A DNA stretch of 64,000 nucleotides from an uncultured Gammaproteobacteria bacterium (GTDB taxonomy: Bacteria; Patescibacteriota; Patescibacteriia; Magasanikbacterales; UBA922), in the NCBI GenBank assembly GCA_964435035.1, contig CAYSXR010000001.1, positions 144,192 through 208,191 of the forward strand. Reading direction: 5' to 3'. Positions 49,686-59,064 of the stretch are shown piece after piece. The notes under the pieces were generated by a model. It was not told the origin of the DNA and did no database searches. It saw nothing but the letters and a program-made list of their open reading frames with translations. Made by a program: the position numbers and the translations under genes. The number at the start of each line of letters is the position of its first letter. Position 1 is the first letter of the stretch.

Positions 49686-51452
49686 ATGAAGAAGTTCAAC
49701 AAGTTCCTGTTCGTCGTCATGTTCATCTCGTTCGTCGCGGCCATCACGGGCTGCGCCGATCACGGTGGCGAGACGGTCGTCGTCAAGGGTGACGATGGGG
49801 AGAGCGTCAAGCTCTGCCCCGAGGAGCATCAGTGCTCCTCGGCCGAGTTCTGCAACTCGCAGGGTCTCTGCGTCATCCCCGGTGCCAACGGCACCAACGG
49901 CGAGGACTTCGAGCGATGCTCGAATAGTCGTGGTGACTGTGTCGGTAACGAGCTCTGCAACTCGCAGGGCGTGTGTGTGCTCGAAGGTCCGCAAGGGCCG
50001 GCGGGGGAGTCCTGTACCGTGTCGACGAAGGTCGACGGGTGCTTCTTCCTCTACTGTGGCGCAAGCGTCACGGAGATCTGCGACGGCGAGGACGGTGTGT
50101 CCTGCACGGTCGCAGGGCAGCCGGACGGCAGCGCTCAGGTCGAGTGCTCGGACGGTTCGTTCGCGACCATCCTCCCCGGACAAGACGGCGAGGACGGTCT
50201 CAACGGCACGAGCTGCACGGCCTCGACGGTCAAAGGTTGCCTCGTGGTGACCTGCGGAACGCAGTCGACGGAGATCTGCCCGGAGGATCTTCCGGATCCC
50301 GAGCCGGTCGACGGCTGCCAGAAGGACTCGGACTGCACGGACGGCAGCGAGTGCACCAACGACATCTGCGATCTCAACACCGGCACCTGCCGGTACGTGT
50401 CGCAGGTGTGTGATGACGGCGTCGCCTGCACCAACGACTGGTGTGACACGAACGGCTACTGCCGTTCGACCGCGGACAATGATCAGTGCAGCGGCGGCGA
50501 CTTCTGCTTGCCGACCGGTTACTGGTTTTGGTCCTCGGCGGTGGGTTCTGAGGAACTCGCTGACGGAGGCTGTTACGAGTGCCGCTGGGACTCTGATTGT
50601 GCCGACGGCGACGCGTGTACGGTCGACACCTGCGACGCGGGTGTTTGCAAGAAGGAAACGCGCGAGTGCCCCACGGGTGCGACGTGCGTCGAGTACTCGA
50701 GCAACTACTACGACGACTCGGAGTGGAACTACGTGTGCCAGGACAATCCGTCGTGCAGCAACAACAGCCAGTGCGACGACGGCAAGTACTGGACGACGGA
50801 TGCGTGCGTGGCCGGGGAGTGTGTCTACACCCAGGTGTCGTGCAACGACAACAACGCATGCACCGTGGACACGGTGAACTCGAGTGGGCAGTGCACCTAC
50901 GCCCAGATCTCGTGCGACGATGGCAAATCCGCCACGGTCGACACGTGCTCTGCGAATACGGGGTGCGTACACACGCCGGTGAACACCGGCTGCGAGCACG
51001 ATCTCGATTGCGATGACGTCGACGGTACGACCACGGACCTGTGCGAGGACAACGGGAGCTGTACACATACTCCCAATGCCCAGTGCAAGTCCCTGACGGT
51101 CAAGGTCGGCTGGGCCATCCTGTGGTCGCGCGGTCCCGAGATCGGAACCACCAATGTCCCGATGGGCAACTGGCGTAGCTGCGAGGAAGACGAGGCGGAG
51201 AACTGCCGTACCATGTCGTGGTGCGGTGACGACATCGTGGAGTTCAATGTTCAGCAGATGCCGAACGTGGCAGGTGCCGACTGGCTCGTGAAGAACGAGA
51301 AAGGCGACAGCCCTTGCACGTCGAACGCAGATGCGACCTTGAACTACACGCCCGCTGATCTCTTCGTCGGGGCGACGCCGGTGCAGAAGGGCTGTTCGCT
51401 CTTCTGCGACCCGAACGGGTACACCAACTACACCTGCGATTCCGCGGAGTAG
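49686..51452 (+). CDS. high-GC island gene C: Cys-rich lipoprotein (about 589 aa, many CxxDxCD / CDDG repeats)
   Basis: ORF track extends to 49338 but that stretch is AT-rich leader containing the promoter; GGAGGAG SD before ATG at 49686; lipobox-like FVAAITGC then ADHGG; more than 60 Cys. Confidence 0.6.
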   Translation: MKKFNKFLFVVMFISFVAAITGCADHGGETVVVKGDDGESVKLCPEEHQCSSAEFCNSQGLCVIPGANGTNGEDFERCSNSRGDCVGNELCNSQGVCVLEGPQGPAGESCTVSTKVDGCFFLYCGASVTEICDGEDGVSCTVAGQPDGSAQVECSDGSFATILPGQDGEDGLNGTSCTASTVKGCLVVTCGTQSTEICPEDLPDPEPVDGCQKDSDCTDGSECTNDICDLNTGTCRYVSQVCDDGVACTNDWCDTNGYCRSTADNDQCSGGDFCLPTGYWFWSSAVGSEELADGGCYECRWDSDCADGDACTVDTCDAGVCKKETRECPTGATCVEYSSNYYDDSEWNYVCQDNPSCSNNSQCDDGKYWTTDACVAGECVYTQVSCNDNNACTVDTVNSSGQCTYAQISCDDGKSATVDTCSANTGCVHTPVNTGCEHDLDCDDVDGTTTDLCEDNGSCTHTPNAQCKSLTVKVGWAILWSRGPEIGTTNVPMGNWRSCEEDEAENCRTMSWCGDDIVEFNVQQMPNVAGADWLVKNEKGDSPCTSNADATLNYTPADLFVGATPVQKGCSLFCDPNGYTNYTCDSAE

Positions 51453-51670
51453 TCGTACCCACAAACATTTCGTGTAAAAGCTTTGAGTAGCCTAGCTACC
51501 AGACTCAAAGTTCAATCAACGTAGCGGGAGGGGGCACAAGCGTTCATCTGAATTGCGCAAGCGATTCAGTGACGAGTGCCTCCCTCCCATTCCAACATAT
51601 CTTTATCAAAATTCAGAACTCAGATTACAGTGAGAGACTAGTGAGTATTGGTAGAGAGATGTGGGGATGG

Positions 51671-51726
51671 AAAATTCAAAACTTAAAACTTAAAACTCAA
51701 AATTTAGATTTAAGTTGTGAGTTATT
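51671..51726. repeat. AT-rich palindromic repeat (short copy) inside high-GC island
   Basis: AAAATTCAAAACTTAAAACTTAAAACTCAAAA + TTTAGATTTAAGTTGTGAGTT; matches arms of the 42071-42185 copy. Confidence 0.55.
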
Positions 51727-51794
51727 ACAAACCCTTTCCATCATTATGATGGTTTCAATTCCCCTCAACCGCGACGACAGAAATGTCACGCGCG

Positions 51795-51821
51795 GAAAAA
51801 ACCCGCGCATGCGGGTTTTTT
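51795..51821. terminator. bidirectional hairpin terminator AAAAAACCCGCGCATGCGGGTTTTTT
   Basis: perfect GC stem flanked by A6 and T6. Confidence 0.6.
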
Positions 51822-51913
51822 AAATTCCATTACCTCGGGTATATCGTATAATGATGGTATATCTATGGTAGAGGAATTCTACACGCCAGTTCACAAAAAC
51901 CAGGAGGGGACAC

Positions 51914-52651
51914 ATGTTGGGTATGACGTTTCGTTTGTTTGTTTTCTGTCTCACCGTGTTCACCGCCGCATGCATCGAGGATATGCGGCGGGAGGAAGCG
52001 TCCATGGTCCAGGTCGATACGTCGACTGGCATCATGGATATGGTGGAGGAAGTCAAAGACGTACCAGATTCACGGGTCCGTGATCGGTATGATATCGAAT
52101 TTCCTCCTACAGCCGACGAGTGTGTCGTCGATGAATTCATCGCAGAGGGAAGCCCTTGCGATGATGGCGATGCATGCACGATCGATGTCTGTATCCAGGG
52201 CATGTGTCGTAATCGAGCTATCGACTGCGACGACGGAAATCCCTGGACGGATGACGAGTGCATCGTCGACACTGGGGCGTGCTCCAGTGTACATCGGGTG
52301 ACTCATTTCACCGTTCGCGCGGAGCGTCCGGGAAAGGTGAAGCTTTGGTATGGGAATCACACCGAGCCAGAGACCTATCCCATGAACTCGAGCTTCGAGA
52401 TCCAGAAGATGGATCTCTGCGTCGAGAACCGTGTGCTCACGCTCGCGGTAGAGGACGAAGAGTTCCCGGGAACCTACTGGGGTTGTAACCCTGGCCTTCC
52501 TTCGAAGAGGGAACTCGCAGTCGAGATCGACGGGGTGGACACGCCCGGTTATTTCGCTGCGGATCTCGGATGGGAGGTGCCCAACTCTGCGTGTGGTGGG
52601 AAGGGAGAGGGTGACCTCTACTTCTTGCGGGCGCAACTCGCATGTGACTGA
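51914..52651 (+). CDS. high-GC island gene D: Cys-rich lipoprotein (245 aa), paralog of C and E
   Basis: signal + lipobox-like FTAAC; CDDGDACTIDVCIQGMCRNRAIDCDDGNPWTDDEC repeats; C-terminal CNPGLPSK domain shared with gene E. Confidence 0.6.
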   Translation: MLGMTFRLFVFCLTVFTAACIEDMRREEASMVQVDTSTGIMDMVEEVKDVPDSRVRDRYDIEFPPTADECVVDEFIAEGSPCDDGDACTIDVCIQGMCRNRAIDCDDGNPWTDDECIVDTGACSSVHRVTHFTVRAERPGKVKLWYGNHTEPETYPMNSSFEIQKMDLCVENRVLTLAVEDEEFPGTYWGCNPGLPSKRELAVEIDGVDTPGYFAADLGWEVPNSACGGKGEGDLYFLRAQLACD

Positions 52652-52998
52652 TGACCGGGTGTCTCGCGAAGGATAGGATGGCGTATACGCTATGCTGTCC
52701 ACCTTCGCGAGCACCACTAATTCAACAAATAGAATTATATTGACAAAATACTCTTTTCCTGATATGTTGATACGATTGTATCTACGCATATCGGATATCT
52801 AGAGAGGTATCTGGTATGCGCCACTGGAGAATCATTCTCAAGTGTGTATGTTCATTATAATCACATAAGTTTTTTGTTCAGCTAGAGGATGGGTGCAGAT
52901 AGAGGTATATGTAACATATCTTGTATCGATAGCCACCCTCTAGCTGAGACACAGTGTCACTGCTGGAGTTCAACGGCCTCACAACGGAGGAAGGCCAA

Positions 52999-55041
52999 AT
53001 GCGTCTGAAGAACAACAACAACCGGATGTTCATCATCACGGTTGCCCTCGCCATGGGGTTCATGGCGGCGTGCACGGAACACGGCGGCGACGAGCCGATC
53101 GTGGTCGTGATGAAGGCGGACCTCGACCTCGACGAGGTCCCCAACAACGTCGACAACTGCCCGGGGGACAACAACCCCGATCAGTTGGACACCGACGGCG
53201 ACGGCATGGGCGATGCGTGCGACAACGACGTCGACGGCGACGGGGTCTTGAACCCCGCCGACAACTGCCCCGACAACTTCAACCCCGACCAGGCGAACCT
53301 CGACAAGGTCCTGGCCGACAGCGGCAACGTCACCGTGGTCGCGGATCTCTTCGGAGACGTCTGCGACAACGACGACGACGGCGACGTGGTCTGCGACCCC
53401 TGGCTCGGCGTGGACGGGTGGGAAGAATTCCATCCCGGTCAGGGCGAGACGTGTCAGGGCGAGGACAACTGTCCCGACGTCGCCAACGCCGACCAGGCGA
53501 ACCTCGACAAGGACTTCGAGGGCGACGTCTGCGACAACGACGTCGACGGCGACGGCGACCTCAACGGCGCAGACAACTGCCCGCTCGTGACCAACGCCGA
53601 CCAGGCAAACCTGGATCGGGACGACTGGGGCGACGCCTGCGACACCGACGACGACAACGACAGCTTCTGCGACGAAGCTGCCCCCGTCTCGATGCCGCGA
53701 AATGCGCCCGCGATGCCCCTCTGCGAGGGCGAGGACAACTGCCCCCGCTTCAAGAACGCGGGACAGGAAGACATGGACGAGGACGGCATGGGCGACGTCT
53801 GCGACGACGACTGCGACGGGGACCTCTACCCCGAAGCGTCGCCCTGGGATTTCCCCAACCTGTCGTGCTTCGTGTATTGCAATCCGGAAGGTCCGGGAAC
53901 CGAGTGCGACGACGCGAACACGTGCACCACGGACACCTGCAACGGGCAGGGCGTTTGCGAGTACGTGTTCACGCAGTCCGAGACGTGCGAATGCGTCTTG
54001 GACTCCGACTGCGAGCCGACCGACGCCTGCGTCACCGAGATGGCGTGCGTGGAAAACACGTGCGTCGAGACCGGATGGAAGGTCCTGACCGACGGGGACA
54101 ACTGCACCATCGACACCTGTGATCCCTCGACCGGCGTGGTCACCCACGTCGAGAAGGACTGTGGTGGGGACCTCTGCGGAGGAGGCCTCTCGTGTAACCG
54201 CATGACCGGAGAGTGCAGCACACCCGTGCCGCAAATTCCGATCAACGACAGCAACGCCTGCACCACCGACGCGTGCGATCCCGAGACCGGCGTGGTCACC
54301 CACGTCGCGATCGTCTGCGACGATGGGAACGCATGCAACGGCACCGAGACGTGCAACCCGGCTTCCGGGTGCGTCGCGGGTACGCCGCTCACGTGCGATG
54401 ACGGAAGCGTCTGCACGATCGACAGTTGTTCGGCAAACACCTGCCAACACGTGGCGGTGACGACGAACGACAACAACATGTGCACCACCGACACCTGCGA
54501 TCCCGAGATGGGGGTGCAGCACACGGCGGTGGTGTGCAACGACGTGAACTCCAACACCACCGACACCTGCGATCCGGCGACGGGTTGCGTGCACACGCCG
54601 ACGGGGAACTGCACGGTCAACGCGGATTGCAACGACAGCAATCCCCTGACCTACGACACCTGCGTCGCGCTCGTCTGCCAACATGTGGAAGGTGTCCGCG
54701 TGCAGGTCTCGTCGACCGACACGTCGGAGACCTGGCAGGTCAATTTCTACTACAACGGTACGACGATCTCCGGCAACCTGCCCTTCGACGGGACCTTGCC
54801 GAAGACGCTCGCATGCAGCTGGGGCGCCGACATCGCCGTCAACCGTCCGAGCACGAACTTGTTCTTGGACTGCAACCCGGGGTTCCCCTCGAAGTCCACC
54901 CTGACCGTCATGGTCAATGGTGTCACGAAGGCGAACGACTTCCAGGTTCGTTCGCAGGCATGCGACGGCGCTCCGCCGGGCAACCTGTGGCTCTCCGACG
55001 AGAGCGGTGACAACGACCTGGGATGCCCCGCGGCACCCTAG
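52999..55041 (+). CDS. high-GC island gene E: lipoprotein with ~7 thrombospondin type-3 (Ca-binding) repeats and ~8 CTxDxCD Cys-rich repeats
   Basis: SD GGAGG then ATG at 52999 (ORF track starts 52954); lipobox-like FMAAC followed by TEHGGDEP (compare gene C ADHGGETV); TSP3 consensus DxDxDGxxDxxDNCPxxxNxDQ repeated from about 53150 to 53830; C-terminal CNPGFPSK domain. Confidence 0.65.
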   Translation: MRLKNNNNRMFIITVALAMGFMAACTEHGGDEPIVVVMKADLDLDEVPNNVDNCPGDNNPDQLDTDGDGMGDACDNDVDGDGVLNPADNCPDNFNPDQANLDKVLADSGNVTVVADLFGDVCDNDDDGDVVCDPWLGVDGWEEFHPGQGETCQGEDNCPDVANADQANLDKDFEGDVCDNDVDGDGDLNGADNCPLVTNADQANLDRDDWGDACDTDDDNDSFCDEAAPVSMPRNAPAMPLCEGEDNCPRFKNAGQEDMDEDGMGDVCDDDCDGDLYPEASPWDFPNLSCFVYCNPEGPGTECDDANTCTTDTCNGQGVCEYVFTQSETCECVLDSDCEPTDACVTEMACVENTCVETGWKVLTDGDNCTIDTCDPSTGVVTHVEKDCGGDLCGGGLSCNRMTGECSTPVPQIPINDSNACTTDACDPETGVVTHVAIVCDDGNACNGTETCNPASGCVAGTPLTCDDGSVCTIDSCSANTCQHVAVTTNDNNMCTTDTCDPEMGVQHTAVVCNDVNSNTTDTCDPATGCVHTPTGNCTVNADCNDSNPLTYDTCVALVCQHVEGVRVQVSSTDTSETWQVNFYYNGTTISGNLPFDGTLPKTLACSWGADIAVNRPSTNLFLDCNPGFPSKSTLTVMVNGVTKANDFQVRSQACDGAPPGNLWLSDESGDNDLGCPAAP

Positions 55042-55226
55042 AACTTCTCCTGCGACGACTGCAGGAGCATCTCGAAGTGAACGTGTGATTCGCTTCTGTA
55101 GGTGAATGTTCGAAGACAATCACACAAACCGGGGGAAGTGCGCTCGCTACTACAGCGACCGCTTCCTCCCCTCTACTCTGAATTCAAGTACGATCTTGAG
55201 AATAGAGTAGAAGGGCACGCTAGAAT

Positions 55227-55248
55227 AACCGCACTATGCGGTTTTTTT
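55227..55248 (+). terminator. rho-independent terminator (CCGCActaTGCGG + T7)
   Basis: hairpin followed by TTTTTTT at the right edge of the high-GC block. Confidence 0.55.
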
Positions 55249-55253
55249 GTTAT

Positions 55254-55355
55254 GTCATTCCGAGCGAGTGCACCCGAGCCGAGGAATCTTTCCTGTATAA
55301 GACCATGTAAGAAAGATTCCTCGACTCCCTCGGAGACTCGGTCGCTCGGAATGAC
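55254..55355. repeat. hairpin repeat element copy A (termini GTCATTCCGAGCGA ... TCGCTCGGAATGAC)
   Basis: perfect 14-bp terminal inverted repeats plus inner GAGGAATCTTTCCTG/CAGGAAAGATTCCTC stem; two further copies at 61105-61246 and 61583-61719. Confidence 0.7.
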
Positions 55356-55416
55356 TATCGTCACTTTTTCTTTTTTTAATTTCCCCCTTGCTTGTGATAT
55401 ACTTATCTAGAATTTT

Positions 55417-56493
55417 ATGAAACAAATCCATGTCGTGCATATCATTCCCAAGCTTGGTTTCGGTGGAGCCGAGCGTTTTGTGGTTGAACTTGCCAAGCAT
55501 ATGCCATCCAAGAATATCCGCCAGTCAATTATTACCCTGTGGGATGATCGTCCGCTGATGAAGGAATTACCTGATTCAGTTTCGTGCACCGTGTTTCCTT
55601 TTGATCGTATCGGATATATACATCGGATTCCAAAGCTTACAAAAATGCTTCGAGAAATGCAGGCTGATATAGTGCATACACATCTTTTTAGTGCAGATCT
55701 ATGGGGGAGGCTTGCAGCAAAGTCACTGGGGATTCCGGTAGTTACGACTGAACATAATATCAATGTAGGAGAATCGTGGCTCTGGGGAAGAATCAAACGT
55801 GCAATGAAAAAATATTCTCGCGTGTACACCGCACCATCAAGTGCTGTTCGAGAGTATATGAAAACGGCGTATGGGATTGCAGTTGAAAATACTCGAGTGA
55901 TTATGCATGGTATCGAATTAGAACATTTTATCAAAATAAAACCTGCAGCTTTTGCCCCACCATACAAGCTACTCATGATGGGAAGAATGGTAGAACAAAA
56001 AGGGCATTCAATTGCGCTTGATGCATTACAAAAAATTAGAGATATTTCGTGTACGCTTACGATGGTGGGTGATGGAGAAAAAAAAGAATCGCTCATGCAC
56101 TATGCAAAAGAATTAGGAGTAAGTGATCGAGTGATATGGAAATCAGCCACCGAGAATGTGTCGAGAGAATATGCAACAGCAGACATCGTACTCGTTCCAT
56201 CACGATGGGAAGGATTGGGAATTGTGGTATTTGAAGCGCTCGCAAGTGAGAGATTGGTAATCGGATCTCGGGTCGGAGGAATTCCTGAAATTATTATTGA
56301 TGGAGAAAATGGTCGATTGATTCCCGTAGAAAATAGCGACGCACTTGCAGATGCAATTCGGGCAAGTGTGAAAAATCAATTAGCTTCAAAAAAAATTGCA
56401 AAGCAGGGTCGTGTCTGGGTAAAAGAACAAGGAAGTGTTGCACGTATGACTGAAGCATATGAGGCACTGTATCAGGAAGTAGTAAAAAAATAA
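55417..56493 (+). CDS. glycosyltransferase family 4
   Basis: 358 aa; N-terminal HIIPKLGFGGAERFV and C-terminal E-x7-E region SRWEGLGIVVFEALASERLVIGSRVGGIPEII. Confidence 0.75.
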   Translation: MKQIHVVHIIPKLGFGGAERFVVELAKHMPSKNIRQSIITLWDDRPLMKELPDSVSCTVFPFDRIGYIHRIPKLTKMLREMQADIVHTHLFSADLWGRLAAKSLGIPVVTTEHNINVGESWLWGRIKRAMKKYSRVYTAPSSAVREYMKTAYGIAVENTRVIMHGIELEHFIKIKPAAFAPPYKLLMMGRMVEQKGHSIALDALQKIRDISCTLTMVGDGEKKESLMHYAKELGVSDRVIWKSATENVSREYATADIVLVPSRWEGLGIVVFEALASERLVIGSRVGGIPEIIIDGENGRLIPVENSDALADAIRASVKNQLASKKIAKQGRVWVKEQGSVARMTEAYEALYQEVVKK

Positions 56494-56500
56494 TCTACGT

Positions 56501-57976
56501 ATGGCTGAAGCGACGACTTCAAAATTTACCTGGTTTCTCGGTGTTTCCACACTTATGGTGGCACTTATTTTTGCTATCATGTTGAAGGGGAATATAGTGG
56601 TTGCAGCCATCCTTGGGTTTTTGATAATTTTATTTTTTTCCTATCATTTGGAAATTGGTCTGTATGTATTACTCATTCTCTATCCACTCATCGGATGGGA
56701 ATTCCATGCAAATATGTTTCGGGGACTACTCGGTTCGAGTTCTACGGTGCTTGAATTCTATGCGCCGATGGTCGATGTGTGGGCACTTCTTATGGTTGGT
56801 GCATATGTCTTTTATCTAATTCGCAAGTGGCTGTATGGCGAGAAGCATCGGATTTACCTGCCCGAATTTGGATGGTATTCATTATTTATTATCTCAGCAG
56901 TACTGTCTCTGATAAATGTTGCAGGGTGGGAATTACAGACAAGTGTTTCGTATATTGTCCGTTTCCTCTTGTTTGTGTATCTAGCATATGTAGTACTTGG
57001 TACAAATATTATGCGTACCAAAAAAATATTACATCGTGCACTTGAAGTCGTCGTATGGATTAGTGTGCTTGGTGCACTATTAGGACTTCTCTCGTTTGCG
57101 ATTGGTCCGGGGCGTGGAGTGATGCGTGCAGTTCCTATTCCTGTATTTGGATGGCAACCATTCAATTATGATATGGTGAGTGGACATATCCTTCTAGCAG
57201 AAGTGCTTGTAGTGGCATTCCCAATCGCCATATATCTCGCATTGAGGGCGAAAACTGATGCACAAAAAATTGCATATACCATTGCGAGTGCGATATGTGG
57301 AATAACTGCATTTCTTACCTTTTCTCGCGCGAGCTGGCTCACACTTATGGTGCAGGGAATGTTGGCACTCTATATATTTCGTTCGCAGATCAAATGGACA
57401 AAAATCAGAGGATATTTTTTTACCTCACTCCTATTCTTGATTCCGGCAGGAGCGTATATGGCACTGCTTCTACAGAGTGCAGTGGTATCGTCATCCAATA
57501 GTACGCGTATTACTCTAACTGAAGTTGCATGGAGTTTTTTTCTCGAACATCCTCTCGTAGGACAGGGTGCAGGAACATTTGTAGAGAGATTGCGTGATAT
57601 ACATTATTTTACGTATGAATTTGGCGCTCCGATTGATGCGCATAGTATTCTTATGAAAATTCTTGCTGAGCAGGGAATACTCGGGATCGTCACCTTTGGG
57701 TTGTTTATCGGATTATTATTATTTTCAATATATAAGCGAACAATTGCCAAAGAATATAGCGCTGAAGCTCGTGGAGTGGCACAGCTGTGTTTGTTTTTAA
57801 TCATTGTGCCCTTATTTTTTCAGATGTTTAATACACAATATTATTCGGCGCGTATGTGGGTACCATTCATGCTCGCGATTGCGGCACATCTCCTGTATCG
57901 CCACGAGCATGAAGGGGACGCATTCTATACGCACTTCCGTCCGAATAAATACAAGATTGATACTGACGTTACCTAA
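56501..57976 (+). CDS. O-antigen ligase/polymerase (Wzy_C/WaaL) family membrane protein
   Basis: 491 aa, about 10-12 TM; FSRASWLTLMVQGMLALYIF region typical of the O-antigen ligase domain; sandwiched between two GT4 genes. Confidence 0.6.
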   Translation: MAEATTSKFTWFLGVSTLMVALIFAIMLKGNIVVAAILGFLIILFFSYHLEIGLYVLLILYPLIGWEFHANMFRGLLGSSSTVLEFYAPMVDVWALLMVGAYVFYLIRKWLYGEKHRIYLPEFGWYSLFIISAVLSLINVAGWELQTSVSYIVRFLLFVYLAYVVLGTNIMRTKKILHRALEVVVWISVLGALLGLLSFAIGPGRGVMRAVPIPVFGWQPFNYDMVSGHILLAEVLVVAFPIAIYLALRAKTDAQKIAYTIASAICGITAFLTFSRASWLTLMVQGMLALYIFRSQIKWTKIRGYFFTSLLFLIPAGAYMALLLQSAVVSSSNSTRITLTEVAWSFFLEHPLVGQGAGTFVERLRDIHYFTYEFGAPIDAHSILMKILAEQGILGIVTFGLFIGLLLFSIYKRTIAKEYSAEARGVAQLCLFLIIVPLFFQMFNTQYYSARMWVPFMLAIAAHLLYRHEHEGDAFYTHFRPNKYKIDTDVT

Positions 57977-57981
57977 ACTTT

Positions 57982-59061
57982 ATGATGACTATTGTGCAGA
58001 TTATTCCCCGATTGTATCCTGGTGGTGCTGAGCGCCTGGTCTTGCAATATGCAGAAGAATTCAGCTCTCGCGATTGTTCGGTCCATGTGATGAGTAGTGT
58101 GGGTGATGGCGCACTTCGTCCGTTGTTTGAGAGTACAAACGCAGAACTTATTGTAGGTAGTCGTGAAAAACACGGGGGACGATGGGGTGTATGGAAATTT
58201 TTAAAAAAAGAATTGCAGCGGATTCAGCCAGATATTGTGCATACGCATTTGATGGGCGGAGACATGATTGGATATCTCTGGAAACGTATATCACCTCAAA
58301 CGATCTGGATTTCGACTGCGCATAATGTGGAATTTCATACACTTTGGATCAAACGATTTGCATGGAAAATATTTTTGAAAAAAGTTGATGTAGTAATTGC
58401 CGTGTCTGACGCGGTAGCATCGTACTCCCATGAAGAGTTTGGTGTTCCAAAAGAAAAAATTCAGACGATTTATAATGGCGTAGAAATAGGGAAGTGGAAA
58501 AAAATTCCAACAAAAAAAATTGACCCGCGTACACCGGTGTTTGCAACTATTGGACGATTGGAAGAGCAAAAAGGACATATATTCGCGCTTCGAGCGCTTG
58601 CAGAATTGCAATCGCTGCCATGGATCTATCATGTGTATGGAGATGGAAGTTTGCTTAGCATGTTACAATATACTGCTCAGGCATTGGGGATTGCCAATCG
58701 TATTGTTTGGCATGGGAATCAGAGTGATATGGCGAGTGCTTTGAAAGAGATTGATGTAGTGGTACAGCCGTCGCTGTGGGAAGGGATGAGTCTGGTGGTG
58801 CTTGAATCAATGGCAGCAGGACGCACGGTGATTGCAAGTACTGCAGCAGGCGCAGGAATTATTGAACATGGGCGTACGGGATTTTTATTTGAAACAGGTA
58901 ATACGAAAGAATTAGTACGCACATTCAAAGATGTGTTGGAAAATCCAACAGATGTTACACGTATTGCAAAACAAGCGCGCACTTATGCAGAAAAAAATTT
59001 TGATATGAAACATCATTATCGTGCAGTGAAAAATCTTTATTCATCTCTTGTGTCATCATAA
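57982..59061 (+). CDS. glycosyltransferase family 4
   Basis: 359 aa; IIPRLYPGGAERLV N-terminus; SLWEGMSLVVLESMAAGRTVIASTAAGAGIIEHGRTGFLFE. Confidence 0.75.
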   Translation: MMTIVQIIPRLYPGGAERLVLQYAEEFSSRDCSVHVMSSVGDGALRPLFESTNAELIVGSREKHGGRWGVWKFLKKELQRIQPDIVHTHLMGGDMIGYLWKRISPQTIWISTAHNVEFHTLWIKRFAWKIFLKKVDVVIAVSDAVASYSHEEFGVPKEKIQTIYNGVEIGKWKKIPTKKIDPRTPVFATIGRLEEQKGHIFALRALAELQSLPWIYHVYGDGSLLSMLQYTAQALGIANRIVWHGNQSDMASALKEIDVVVQPSLWEGMSLVVLESMAAGRTVIASTAAGAGIIEHGRTGFLFETGNTKELVRTFKDVLENPTDVTRIAKQARTYAEKNFDMKHHYRAVKNLYSSLVSS

Positions 59062-59064
59062 GGT

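Noticed and set aside
46460-55250. Interpreting the high-GC block purely as a contig chimera
   Set aside because: Not excluded, but a host-type promoter cassette and a host repeat family occur inside the block's AT-rich spacers, and both edges are followed by ordinary host genes. Kept as the main finding with read-mapping as the test.
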